Shown piece after piece: positions 26,153 to 40,500 of a stretch of DNA of 64,000 nucleotides. Numbering within the stretch: the stretch's first letter is position 1; every line of letters starts with the position of its first letter. Origin of the DNA: Gordius albopunctatus (taxonomy: Eukaryota); the NCBI GenBank assembly GCA_964276515.1, contig OZ193910.1, forward strand, positions 1,736,001 to 1,800,000, in the 5' to 3' direction. The notes beneath the pieces are model-generated. The model made no database searches. It was not told the DNA's origin and worked only from the letters and a program-made list of their open reading frames with translations. The position numbers and the translations under genes are program-made.

Positions 26153-29100
26153 ATGATGGACAACGATAACATCAAAACTGATCATGATTTTAACATCTCT
26201 CCTAATAAAGAAGACTATTATGGAGTTGGAGGCATGTATAAAAATTTGGATGATCATTATTCCAATCCCACTAACATAAATAAGCAACCTCTAATAGATT
26301 TTGACACTGAGGATGATTATTATAAACATGAATCTTATAACAAGACAAAAACGCCGACACCGATAAAAGATGATGCAACACATAAAATACCTGATAAAAA
26401 TGATCATAAACAATCTCCAACTAATTTTAAGGGCAAGCTACATGATAATCAACTAAATGGTATTTTTATACTTCATATATTTAATATCAACTTATTAAAT
26501 CATATCTTTTAAACTTGAATATCTTTTGTCAGATTATGTTTTGATTTGCAAGAGAATGAGTAAGGTTTTTAGCATGAGTTGAGTTATATAAAAATAATCA
26601 GCTTATTTGTGTAAAAAAATTTGTTTTGATTTGGTGTCATATCTCCTTTTTTATATCAATTTAATTACAATTTAAAATTGTAAAAAGTGTTATATTATAA
26701 TGTAATAACAAATATATTTTTAATATTCAATACAAATAATGTTATATCACTAAAATATTTACCAGGATTTCACATAAAATATTGCTATCACTTGGTTTTG
26801 TAAGATTTATTCCATGAGAACACAACGTAATACCTTCATAATTTTGTATTCCAACTATCTTCACTCAATTTTAAATAATTTGGACCAATGTAGGGATGGG
26901 GTACAATTTGAACCATGGAGAGATGCAAAAAATTTATTAACAATCAAAAAGGAATTGCTGATTGAAAATTTTTATAAGTTAGAGTATTAAATTTTAGAAT
27001 TTAGGGAATGATGCATATAGTTGAGGGAAACAATATATAGATATGCTTATCAATTTTTACAAAACTCTTTTATTTACATCTACTCCAGACTAATTTTCAA
27101 ACCTTTTTATTCAAACTTAAATTCATTTTGGATATACTCCTAAGTACCATTTTTTTACCTTTTAGAGTCGGAATGATTTGTGTTTTTCAGAGATTTTCTT
27201 TTGGCAGGACTAAAATAAGTTAAACCAATAGCTCGAATTAATATATAAAACCCTGCCAAGTGCTGATTTTACTAAAAGAATTCGTTATATCAATCTAATA
27301 TCTTCAAATTTATGGTTTTATTTTACTTATAATAACAATTAATATGATTTTCTAACTTTTTATATGTGGCACAATTCATACCTTTTTAAACCCATTATCA
27401 AAGCCTACATTAGTATTTATAATATCCCAAGTTTGTTTATTTATGACATTAGACAACTTTTATGGTAAAAATTTTCTTTGAAACCTAATGTTTTAACAAC
27501 CCCACCAAATGCCACATTAAAGTCAAATAAAAAGGGCAATTGTCCCATAATTACTAAACTCTACTATATGTTTCATCATCTACTGAGCATTTCAGTGGAA
27601 AAACTTAGCACCCCCCCCCCCCCCCATACTTTCTCCTTTCTTGAAGGGCTTTGAAATATCGATTTTTACCCTAGCTATAGCCGCTCGTTCGTGTCACCTT
27701 TTAGCAAAGTATTAAACCAAATAGCCATTCTATAAGTAGAGCCCTGCAAAATAAAAATTTTTCTTTTTGACCCGAGACCGACACGATTTTTTTAATAAAA
27801 CAATTGAAAAATTTTATTTTTGTTGATTACCTCACTATCTAAATAAATTGCATAGCAATTAATATAAAATACACTAGATTATTACTCGTAATTTACAACT
27901 TAAATAAGTTTGACATAAAAAGTCCCTTTTAACCCGTTGCAGTTTATTTATCTAATAAAATTTAAAACTAAAAAATAACTATAAAAAATATACCCTATTT
28001 AACAGTTCGATATATAAAACTTTTTGAAATATTTACTTATCTTATTTCTCAAGTGCTAACGGCTGCTACAGAATATTTTAAAAACTAGAATATAAGATTT
28101 GCAATTCAGATCCGTTATATCATAATAGACGGGGGAGAAGCTGAAGTTTGAAAGCTATATTATTTACGCTGTGCGAAGATAAAATTATTTAATATCGAAT
28201 TTTATTTAAATCCTATTTTATAAGAGATTAATTTGTTTTAGTTCAATTCGGGCCGCCATATCAGGCCCGACCCGAGACCGAGGCCCGATAATTTTATAAA
28301 ATTCTGCCCGAACCAGGCCCGAAACCCGATATTGCTAAAATCCCGAGTCGACTAAACGTAAACGGACCAACGTTTTTCTTAGCAGATTACTGACTTTTAG
28401 ATAGATTTTCAGGCTCCTTTACCTAGGGATATCACAAATTTTTTTCCACGTCAAAATTTCATAGTTTAACTAAAAAAATCTTTGGCCTGATAATAATTGA
28501 CTAAAACCAAATTTCGACTAAATAAACCCCAGCCGCGCTCCAGTAGGTAGAGCTATCATTCGCCTAAATTAGGCGCACGGGCCCATCTAATCAATCCTTT
28601 ACATTCTAGTTGCGTCGTTTTATTGGCTAGAGACCCTTAGCTAGCCAGTTGGCCTTAAGCTCGTTGAACCATAAATTGCATATCAATCAAAACACTTTTC
28701 GGATTTACATCTTTGCCTTACAACGTTTTACGTTCGCTAGTTTTGATGTTGGGAATATACCACTTTCCTCTCGCACTCTCGAGAAGATTTAGCAACCTCC
28801 TTTTCTCCAATTATGACTAGTTGGATTAATTGGCGCCGTACTCGAAATGAAAAATATGGAAATTAGTGATCGGAAGAAAAAGGGGGGGGGGGTGGTGGTT
28901 GAGTGCTAATAATAATTGGAAGCTTGTTTTTGATTTTTACCATGAATAACTAGCTCTTGGCCGGGCCTCCCCACACCTAGCTAAATACTAAGCCATAACT
29001 ATCGGGCCGGGGCTGGACTTAATGAAATCATCGGGCCTCCAGCCCGGGTCTAAAATATCGGATCGGATCAAGAATAAAAATGCCTTTCCGCCTCGGCCCA

Positions 29101-32100
29101 GGCAAGATAAAAATTGAGAGGTTGGGCTAGGGTCGAGGAATTATGCCGGGCTCTAGCCTCAACTAGTTTCCATTGTTAGACATAATAGACCACTGGAGAG
29201 AGTTAAATTCAATATGGTGGAATGATTACTGGTGCACATTTTATCATATTAAACACACATGACATTAGCAGTCTATGATACAGTTGAATTAGTAACCGAT
29301 TCCCTATTTATTGTGGGTTCAAGTCTCGCCTCTCGCTCCTTAAGTTAAAATTTGCTCCAAAACGACGCCAAAATCCAACTGCTACTACTAGCGGCCGATT
29401 TTTTCGCTGTTCCCTGAAACTATCGAGTCACTAATTCAAATCCTTCATTCCCAACTTTGTCGAATATTATTTACTCAATTCATATTTTATTTTTATCGAT
29501 TCGCATACAGACGTATGTTTATACCACACCGTAGTGTATACGCACCGTACACTACCATATCGATCGATATTTTTCTTTATAATTTCAGGCAAATGCCCGA
29601 GGGGTTTTACACTTTTGATAGCTTAGAAAACGCGCGCTAGATTTTTGCAATACTTTAGACCTTTAAGTTCATTAGAATTCAGAGAATTCTTTAATTATGA
29701 GATTGGGCTGGGGGGGGGGCGAGACTTTCCTCCTCCTCTTGGCCATGCCCATGCGGTAGTTTTTTTTTTTTATCACATTTAGCCATCTCCGAACAGAGAG
29801 TTTCGCTAGGAACAGTTTTTCCCTGCAGCTATTGGCTTTTTATGTTTACATCATCTCATTTAAGACCGCTAACTCCCTCGCCTTGCGAGCTCCTGCTATA
29901 ATGCCTTCATCATTATTATAGCTCTCGGCCGACAGGACAACTGTTGTTTTGTATTTGGCGCGCGCGCGCACAGCTAAATTTTTCTGGCCAGCCCCCACCC
30001 CCCTTCTTACGTTCGCGAGGCTCAAAAGTTGAAAATACTACAAGCTATCTCTTTCCGCTCTAGCTCTCTTCGAAATGGCGAAAAATTAGTGTTTATTCTA
30101 AACTTAATTATGTTGTGGCTGTTTTATCGCAGATACAGCCGGAGGAGATGGAACCGATAGCTTAGGTCTCAATTTTGATACTATCCGCGACAAAGGTATG
30201 TTGGATGCTATGCTACGTCGTACATCATAACTTTATCATATAGTCTATGCAATAATAATCTACTTTTTTACGGGCGTAGCCAGCATTCGAATTAGGTGGG
30301 GGGGGGGGTCAATATTGATTTACAGAGGGGCAAAATGATTATTTTTCGACATTTTAGATATAATTTTTTATAAATTTCAACAATTTTTTGCATTTAGAAG
30401 GCTGGTTTTGCTCATGTGCCCCTTTCTTGTTTGCGCTTAAATGCCTCGAATTTATTTGAAGATATATATACACATAATTTGTGCAGCAAATTTCAAAACC
30501 AACATTGTATTTGTAGTAGGCGCGTAGTTGTAATCAGGACTACAAATGGCTAGCTGCAAAAGGCAATTTATCCACTTTTCGTTACGAATTAGTTATTATA
30601 GTGGCGTATGCCCTGAGGATGGGCGTAACCAGGGGGGGGTGGAGGGAAGGGAGGGCGGCTGACCCCCTCTAAATCCAAAAATTTGTTGAAATTTATTGTA
30701 AAATTTTGGCTAAATTTTTAAAAAATAATCGTTTTGCCCCTCCCCCATAATTTTAAAACTGGCGACGCCCATGTTCCCCCCTTTTGCGCGCGTAACATTT
30801 TAACTTTCGTACCCATATTGTAGATATTTTCTCTTTGTCTGTCTCGTCCAACTTGGGTTTATAATACAAACCTACACGCGTGGTACTACTGCACCAAAAA
30901 CTAAATGTCCTAAATTATTTTTTATTCGTGAGCCCGACTAGTTGTATTACTAGCTACGCACGATGATGATGTGTGTATATATTTGCTGTATGCAGTCAAG
31001 GATCTGATATACTGGCGAGACGTGAAGGTTAGCGGGGCCGTGTTTTGCCTCTCTCTCCTCCTCATGTTTACCCTCTCACACTTCTCCATCATCTCCGTCC
31101 TGGGGTACCTGGGCTTGGCCCTCCTCGCCTGTACCGTCGGGCTCTACCTCTACCGCAACCTCATGCAAACTCTGAACAAAACGAAGCAGGGACACGTTTT
31201 CAAGTGATTTTTAATTCGACCAAATTTACGCCCACACCAAACTACGCTTAATCGAACCCCCCCCCCCTAAGGCTTAGACACGTGGTCATTAATAGCGGCG
31301 GGGGGATTAGTGTTTTGAAAAGACGTGGGTTTTGTTTAAAGAGACGACCTTTGGCTTTACTCCACAAAACCTAAACACGGACCAAATGTTTGACCAAAGA
31401 ATCTTGAGCCTGTTTAGTCGACTAAAACCAAAGGTCCACTAATCGACATTTGTGTAAACGCTGCAGCTTGTTAATAAAAGTTAGCTGGACTTACTTTAAT
31501 TCGAACGATTGGCTCGCTAATTACGAAAGGACGTAACCGGTTTGGGTGGAATTTGTTACATTTTAATGTGCCTCCTTTCTTACTTTGCGCACAGGGACTA
31601 TTTGGATCAAGACGTGGTGATCAGTGCGGAGACGGGTAAGAAGGTGAGTGCCAAGGTTATTTCCCAGCTCAATTACGTCAACAAGAAGGCCAAGCACCTC
31701 TTTTTGGTCGAAGACCCAACCGACACCATCAAAGTAAAACTTGTCTCTCTGAGATTTTTTGCTTAAACCTTTTCAGGCCATAACACCTTTTATTATATTT
31801 CGCATTTTTTCATTATTCAACCACTCAGTGTTGTAAAAAGGGGTGGGGGTTGATCGACCTTTGGTTTTAGCCGCCGATCAAACATAAACAGGCCACCAAA
31901 GGTTTTATGGTCAATCCTTTGCCCACCCCTTTTTACAACACCAATCAATCTTTATTAATTCCTCACGAATCTAACTCTATAAGGCGCTATCAAAATGGTT
32001 TCGCAAGTGTTACCTCTCTGATGCTAGCTAGCTAGCTACATCAAGGAATCGCACATTTTATGAACCAGGTTGCGCCGCGACTCCTTTACTTAAAGTTGGC

Positions 32101-33255
32101 ATTCAAACGATCTCGCATAAATTATTTTTTATTGACGCATTTTGTGTTTTACACCACGCAGTTTGGATTCATCTTGTGGGCCATGACTTACATCGGAGCC
32201 TATTTCAACGGACTCACCCTCTTTGTGTTGGGTAATTTCATTTTTTCCTCCCTCTTTCATTGTTATTAACTTCTTTTTTTCGTTCGTCTTCCATAGTTTT
32301 CGTCTCCATTTTCACGATCCCCAAAATCTATTCGGTCTACAGAGTAAGTAAAACGACGATACGCGCGTGTTACGTTAAATAATCATATTTTTATAAATAT
32401 TTAACAACAGCATCATGGGAATTAGAAGGGGCAATCATTATTTAGGGAGGGGCAAAATGGTCATTTTTTAAAGTTTTAGCCATAATTTTACAATAAATTT
32501 CAACAAACTTTTGAATTTAGAGGAGGCAGCCTCCTCTCCCTGCCCCCCCCCCCCCGGCTACGCTCATGAACCAAGATCTTCAATAACGATTCGCGAAAAT
32601 TTTCCACTTTATTTTATTGTTATTTCGCAGGTTCAAATCAACGACGCTGCAAAAAAGGCTAAGGTATGAATCAGTTTGGTAAAACGGCTGGGGGTTTTGT
32701 TTGGTCGACCTTAGGTTTAACTAGTAATAACGGTCGCTTCTGGTCTGCCTTTCAAATTTCTACCAAGCCCAGTGGGCGACTAAGAAAAATAGACCCAAAA
32801 ATCGTTGGTCCCTCTATGTTTAGTCGACTAACACCAGAGGCTGACCATACAAAACCCCAGCCCTTTTTACAACATGAATCTTAAGTTCGATATGATTCGT
32901 GCAAAATATCTTTTTTCCCTCGATATAATCTATAATTTTTTACCTAGGTCGTCATTGATAAAAACAAAGAAGTCGCGTTGAGAAGCATCAAAGATAAGGC
33001 TCAAATGTAAGTTTGCGAAATGTAACGCACTTTTATATTATCAACTTTTTTGTGAGTCCGCATCACGAAGTCCCTATGATAAGCTTTCAGTTTAGTTTTT
33101 CATTCGACTAATGTCGTGTTTTCGTTGATCTTCAATAACTAAATTGTAATTTTCCACACATATGTTTCCATTATAGGATGGTATCCTAAATAAGGGAACT
33201 ATTTATATTTTACAGGGTCAAAGAGAAGGTTTCGAAGATGAAAAAGAAATCCTAA
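26153..33255 (+). CDS. RTN: Reticulon (RTN family), multi-exon
   Basis: RHD exons 30996-31203 (208 nt, VKDLIYWRDVK), 31595-31733 (139), 32162-32231 (70), 32297-32343 (47), 32631-32663 (33), 32948-33006 (59) and 33216-33255 (..KKKS*). All introns are GT-AG and frame-consistent. The phase-compatible upstream exons 26153-26459 and 30133-30195 are less certain. Confidence 0.92.
27737..28330. mobile_element. hAT MITE remnant in reticulon intron
   Basis: Starts with the TAGAGCCCTGCA TIR seen at 1545; GCCCGA repeats near 28250-28325. The right TIR is not resolved. Confidence 0.6.
30618..30773. mobile_element. Small G-tract MITE family (GGGCGTAGCCAG..CTGGCTACGCCC)
   Basis: TIR-like ATGGGCGTAACCAG/CTGGCGACGCCCAT. 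Related copies lie at about 8593, 30272, 32412-32568, 42360-42480, 46949-47187 and 55115-55188. Confidence 0.7.
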
Positions 33256-34353
33256 ATCACACGGATCCCTATTTTGAAAGCTGCTCTCATATTTATATTA
33301 CGGGACTACGCGCCCGTTTAGTTAAATTAACGCTAGTATTGCTAAGTAGTTTTGCTCTTTATCTCTCACTTATTTCATTCGCTTTGCAATATCTCCCTCG
33401 TCAAGTCTCTTACCGTTACTTAAAGTTAATTTAGACTTAGCCTCTCGGCCTTTTATTTTTCGACGACCTTTGCATAATTGCTGTAACTTGTGGACTAACG
33501 AAACGTAGTCTCTCATATTTATTCAGAAGAAGCTACCAGTCCTACATGCTTGTTTATAGTTTACCTTAATTTTAGCTAGCTTTTTAGTACACTTTGGTGT
33601 AACTTTAATTTTATCCCTCGTCGCTAACTAGTTCTTACAGTAGTCACGTTTCGTACGAATCTAAATTTATTGCTACTCGTATATCTATCTATCAATAGCA
33701 TTACAAAAATTTATATAACACGCGTAATGCGCTTCAAGACCATAAGTTAGGTCGAAATGCGCCAAAACTGTAACTCTTGTTCACCCACCCTACTACGACA
33801 CACATATAAATATATAAACGTTCTATATATAAATTAATTGTCAACACGCATAAATAATGCATGTGTTTATTGATTGATATGTGCTTAGAAATAAACATTT
33901 TACATCGTTGTGGGGATAGCAAATCTCCATTTCTCTTGAGCTATATAGTTTTTATCTTTTAAAAATTCATACTTTTTCATAAGTAAGAATCAGAACTGGA
34001 ATATATTGTAGTCGTGTGATGTTTAGTAAAATTGTAGGTTTTATTAAAGCGGAGAAATTTTTGTTACAGAATTAGAGCTTCAAATTGGTATGTTTTAGAG
34101 TTCATTTTAAAATTCATATTATAGTATGTCAATAATGTGACGCTTATTTTTAAATATTTGCTGAAGGACCATTACTTAAGCCCCTGGGCTAATATCCTAA
34201 TTCGGCCGGGGTGTCCTTAACGATCTTGGTATGTTTGGCAGATATATAGTATTTAGACTGGTCCGAGTGGACAATTAATTAAAATCGACCGGGTTCGGGC
34301 AGAAATATTTAGAAAAAACTAAACCCTGGTAAGTTCGCTCATTATTTTATTTA

Positions 34354-35530
34354 TGACTAGCTGTACCCGGCCAAGCGTTGCTTTGGCTCAGTCCTTAAAT
34401 ATAAAGTCAATGATTTCTCAAAAAATAGTTTGTGCACCATTTTTTCCCCTTTATTAGTGATATCCTATCAAAAGTTTCATAAATTAATATTCATAACAAA
34501 TTCCTGAATTTTATAGACAATTGTTAACGCATCAAAACTTTAAGAGATAAAAATCACAAAAAATTCCTTTTGGTGTGTCATTGGATTCATACAAAATGTA
34601 CCACATCTCTAATTTCATTTAAAATTATTAAATAAAATTTTTTTCTTTTAATTTTGACATAATACTTTTAAGGTTTATTTAGCCGTTAAATTTATTGGTT
34701 CATTTTAATTTTTAGGTGATGTAAAGGGGGAGGGGATATCTATATAGGGGCAATAACTTCTAAATATTCATTCTCGAACGAATTTTGATTTCATAATTAC
34801 TTTTTTTTATATAAGCTACTAGCTGTGCCCGGCAAAGCGTTGCTTTGGCTCAGTCCTTAAGTGGTTAAATAAGGATAACCTATTAATAAGACTTATCTAA
34901 AATGGGGTGGGCATATATGAAATAATAATTCAAATAAATAAATATCCATAATATTTATCTAGAGCACGAATTTTATCGCGTCATGCATTTTATGAACCCA
35001 CTATTTTTAGTATATATATAATAAGACAAACAAAATGCGAATTCTGTTTTAGTCATCAAATCCCACTAATTTAAATGTTTTTGAAAAAATTGCTGATCAA
35101 TGCTGTTACTTATTATACAATAATACAATTATTTTATTTTTCTAGTTAGCTGATTTATTTGAAATACAATTTTCTTTAATTTAATAAAATAATTAATTGA
35201 AGGATGGATATTTATTTAATTTAAATAGTTTGTTAAACCCCAATAATTTTGACCGTATACTGTAACATTTTTATTATACTTTTAAATATCTAATGCGAGA
35301 AAACTTCAGCCTCGTATGTATGACGTCATTATTGTATATGATGCTATAAATGAAACTGGCTGAGAAATGTGCGATATTTTTAAAACGAAAAGGTATTTTA
35401 GGAATCGGAAAAAACTATTTTACCCCTGACCTCTCTGGGCATCTACGGTTTAAATTTCGCGCGAATCGGGCCGGTAGTTTCAGAATTTAGCCCTTATACA
35501 CACATATATACATAGACTTTACATTATCAC
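34354..35530 (+). mobile_element. Non-autonomous Helitron/HINE (DINE-1/Lep1-like) element, 5' end duplicated
   Basis: ACTAGCTGT(A/G)CCCGGC..AGCGTTGCTTTGGCTCAG occurs at about 34356 and 34819. The 3' block AAATTTCGCGCGAATCGGGCCGGTAGTTTC is followed by an ACAT-type microsatellite. It sits inside a GGCCCG-rich hAT-like remnant ending GCAGATCTCTA at about 36141. Confidence 0.6.
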
Positions 35531-37539
35531 AAATTTTACTGGTATAATTATTAGGGCTATATAATTTAATTAATATTTTTGTATTAATCTAAAACCTAGG
35601 TGCATTAACTGATAAAAATTAATCAAATTAATGTAAACTGCTCATTGAAAGCTGAATTTTCTCGTGTAATTTTATTAAAGTATTTTAATTTAATGGTAAT
35701 ATTCTAACTTTAGGTGTATTAACTTAATTAATCAAATAAAACTAAAAGTAAATTGGTGGAAGTGAAATATTCTCATGTAATTTTTTAAAGTAATTTATTG
35801 GTTGTACTATATTGAAAATTTTTAGGTGTATTAACTGCAGAAATAATTGATGATTTATTATTTTTACATGAAAATTATTGATGTTTTTTATGAATATGTC
35901 AAAAAATGAAAAATAAAATTGCTAAATTTTTTATTGGGCCGGGCGCGGAGTTCTTTAAGAAAATTTGAACGGGTTTTGGCGGGCATGAAGTTTTTATAAA
36001 CGGGTACGAACGGGCCTAAAAAATATTCGGATGGGCCTGAAGTGTTGAAAAAAATTACGGGCGGGCTCGGACGGGCCTTGAAATTTTGAAAACGGGTACG
36101 GGCTGGCCGACCTTCTAAGAACGGCCCGCTGCAGATCTCTAATGTCGAATAACTTCAGGGACTGCACCAAATTTACGCACTCTAAATATTTGCAAAAATA
36201 AGTTTTTGTGGATACAAAATCACATCTCGATGTTGATAAATTAATAGAATACAAATAAATATATGACTATTGCTCATTTGATCGATTGATTTAAAAACGT
36301 TTGTTATTCAAGCAAAGGAGTTGCTTTATATACTTTTATCATTAAAACCCATGTTAAAACTCCTATAAAAGATCGGACATATAGCAAAACTTATTACGGA
36401 GAGAAAATAAGAAGGCTTGTTAAGATGCCATTTGTGAACTGTTTTAGTTAAATTCCATCATTAAAGTGTTATACTAATATAAACACTTCAACTCATTTAT
36501 TATAGCAAAAATTTTTTTTACGAATCATATACAAATTTAACGGTGCTAAATAATTAAAACGACTATTTATTTTAGCCTTAAATAGTTCAATACCTACCGT
36601 ATTGTTCACGTTTTAATTGGCCATTATCAGATTTTTCCTCGAAATTACCTATTATCACCTTACAAAAGGATCAAGAAAAAATATTTATATGACAGAAAAT
36701 TAGATTCACTATTACATCAAAATTGTAACAATATGTTTTTTAGTGGCAAGTGAAAGCATACAATTTATACGGTGGGGCCTTTTATAAATTTTATGAGGCT
36801 AGAAAGATACTATTATATACAATAATTTACTTGATTGAAAAGATAGAAATCCCCAACTTACAAGTTAAACAAGACAGGACAAGACACATATTAATTTTTT
36901 CCTAGCGAAGGGCATGCCCATTAATTGCATAGAAACCACTTTAAAATTTTATTGTAGTAGTGAAAAAATTTAAGTCAAAGACCTGATATCTTAGTCTTTA
37001 ACCTGGCTTGTGGGCCTTATTTAACTATTAACACTTGCTTTGGTCAGCCTTTTATAAATCCTGAAATGCAATTCTATAATAGTTTAATGTTACAAAGCCA
37101 TTAAACTGATTTAGTCCACCCTTTAAATATCGATTGTGCACTTGTAAATTAAGGTAACGAATGCATTCTACCTTCGTGAGAGGTTGATTAAAATTATACC
37201 CTTTCAAATGGCTCCGACACAGATCACTGATTAATTATTAATTTCCTAAATTATACAAAGAGGATGTTTGAATGTAACATTGCCAATCCTACAAATGAGT
37301 TTTAAAATCATAGAAGGTCATGAAAAAATAAAATCACAGGGAACAATAGGTATACAAAAAAATTGATTTTTGCAGGTATATCTATTTGGAAATGAGAATA
37401 TACGTTCGATAGTAATTGATTCATTCTATAAAATGTCCGTCTCATTGAATTTATTAATTAATTTATTGATTCAACGATCCAATAATAAATAAATCCTATC
37501 TATCATTTTTTATCATAATTAAACTTATTTCCATTTGTG

Positions 37540-40500
37540 ATGCATCCAAAAACGACACTTTACTGCATACTCTATCTCGAGTTTTTACTTTGTCTTCATA
37601 TGATCGCGAACTCCGACCGTTCAAATAACCATGATTGGGATACCTTCCCTACGACTTCTTTGATCAAGAAAGGTGATTTAATGATTGGTGGTTTATTTGA
37701 AATTTACAATTTTCCTGTTGGTTCCCCCACCCAATTCTGTTCGAAAGAGTTGAATTATTATTTTATCACTAAAGCCCTCAGCCTAATATATGGCATAGAA
37801 ATGGTTAACCAAAACCTTAGTTCTACTTATAATATTACTCTCGGGTACAACATACAGCCAACGTGCGGCGTTGCTTCTACAACCTTGGTATGCTTATGAA
37901 ATTTTCCAATTATTATCTAACTTTAATAAACAATTTTATTTATTAACGATGAGATTCATTACTAATAACTTTTACTAAATATTGCTTGTTAATCATAGTA
38001 CATCATGTGTTAGCTCAAAACATAACATCATCGATGTTTGTTGTTAGTCACAACTCTTAAATTATTATATTGGTAAGTCATATACTAATGTTGGAAAAAC
38101 AGCTGGGTTTAGTTTGGTTGTCGACCTTTGATTTTAGTCGACTGAACATAAAAACCCCAAACATTTTTTGGTCCCTTTTTCTTGGTCGCATAAAAATACC
38201 AAAGGTTTGACCAAAAAATCTTTGGTCTATTTATGTTCAGTCGACTAAACAAAACCCAGGCGTTTTTATAACACTATCATACACATAGCTCTCGTTAAAA
38301 TTTTTCTTGCAACGGAATTCAGTTAAGGATCACGAATTAATGTTACAATTAATTTAACAATTCAATCAACTAACAATTGATTAATATTCCTCGTTTACCA
38401 AACTTGCTTCTTAAACATTTTTAGATTCTTCTTCTTTCTATGACTGCTTGTCACCTAGGCTGGTTGTCAGTCCTTTCAGCATTCGTTTCCATTTGTTTCT
38501 ATGTTTACATAGATCTTTCTTTATCTTGTGGACTTTCATATCATGCCGTATTATTTTATGAATCCAGGTAAGCTTGCGTCTTCCTCTCCTTCGTTTTCCT
38601 ACGAAATTTATCAACTCGATTTTCTTTCCTACGTAGCTATCGTCCCTTCTTTTGACATGGCCATACCATCTTAGTCTATTTGTTAGGAGCTTTGTCGCAA
38701 TTCATGTAGTACCCAAAAATTTTCGTATTTCTTCATTTCGCCTATGGTTCATTTTGCTTACACCTAGCACCCATCTTAGCATTCTCATCTCCATGGCCGC
38801 AAGACGTTGTTTTTCTCTTTTACGTATAGCCCATGATTCCGAGCTATAGAGGAATGTTGGCTGTATGATGGATTTATACAGTGCGCCTTTTAGTCTTCTC
38901 GGGATGTTTTTGTCACATAGAACACCTGTCAAGTCCCTCTACTTGAGTCATCCTGAATTTATCCTTGCTTCGATTTCTTTATCCATTCCACCATCCGATT
39001 GAAGTGTAGATCCTAAATATTTGAAGGAATCCACGCTTGTAATTTGCCAATCGCCTAAAGTAAGGGATGCACTTTGCTGGTTTTCATCCGATTTAAACTT
39101 TGTCTTCATGTATTCTGTTTTCTTTCGATTTACCTTGAGACCACTTTCTTCTATTGCATTCACCCATCTATTTACAGTATTAGCCAATTCTTGTTTACTT
39201 TTGGCACCGAGGATTATATCGTCTGCAAAGATCATTGCCCAAGGAGCTTCCTCGCCCAAATCCTTGGTAATATTATCCATTATCATTATGAATAGGAAGG
39301 GACTAAGAGCTGAACCTTGATGGACTCCAGTGTTAATGACAAAGCCCTTTGTAGTCACCACCGATGTTCTAACGTAAGTTCTATTTCCCTTGTGCATATC
39401 TTTTATTGCTCTGACGTATACTTCTGGCACATTGTTTTCTTCAAGACATTTCCAAACTAAATTACGAGGAACTTTATCGAACGCTTTTTCTAGATCGATG
39501 AAATGCATGTGCAAATCCTCTTCTCTTTCTTTAAATCGTTCCATTAATCTTCTAACACTGTTTAGGGCGTCTGCTGTAGACCTATCCGGCATAAATCCGA
39601 ATTGGTTATCTCGAATTTGAACCAAACTCCGAAGCCGTTTCGTTAGGCATTTTACCCGTTTTCAAGATATTGTTGAAAAAGTTGGCGACGAATTGTGCAC
39701 CAGTATTTCCTAACGCTTTGAAGCCCTCTATTGGTATATTGTCGGGTCCAAGAGCTTTTCCTCACTTTAGTTTACCCATAGCAACTTTGACTTCCGTTTC
39801 CGTGATCCAATCCGCTGTGTTTAATTCTCCTATTGTGTTTTCCTGGTTAGTGTCTTCGACTACAGGCCCCTTTTCAATTGATAAATCGCTATTATAGTCG
39901 TACCATCTTTGTAGTATATGGCTGTCGTGTGTTAGTATTTCTCCCTTTTGGCCCTTGATTAGCCGGCATTCTAGGTAATCTTTAGAATTTCGGGCCCTTG
40001 ACTTTGCGATTTTGTAGATCAATCTTTCTCCTTCCTTTGAGTTGAGTTTTACATTTATATCGTCGTACACCTTGTTTTTAGCTTTCGCTACGAATTGTTT
40101 AGCCGATCTTTTAGCTACTTGCTAAGCTTCCTTATCATTACTATCCTTGCTTTTATACCAAACTTTGTACAATCTCTTCTTTTCCTTGATACATTTATGC
40201 ACTTCTTCATTCCACCACCACGTCTCCTTGAAAATTGTTTTAGTGGGCTTGCTTTCACCTAGTATTTGTCGTCCCGCTTTTTGCATTGTGGCAGCTATAC
40301 CATTCCATTGATCCTCACATGAAGTATTTTCCTTAAATTCAGCATGTTCAATTACTTGTTCTTTAAAATGTTGAATATTATCCTTTAGTTTCCTCCATTG
40401 TATAGTAGCGGCTACTTTTTGTACCTTTTGTCCTTTAAGGCCCTTTAATATAAAGTCCATCATCAACAGCTTGTGTTGGTAGGCCAATATTTCACTCGGT

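Noticed and set aside
29280..29340. tRNA or SINE head (GGGTTCAAGTC B-box-like)
   Set aside because: No convincing cloverleaf or A-box, and no second copy in the window.
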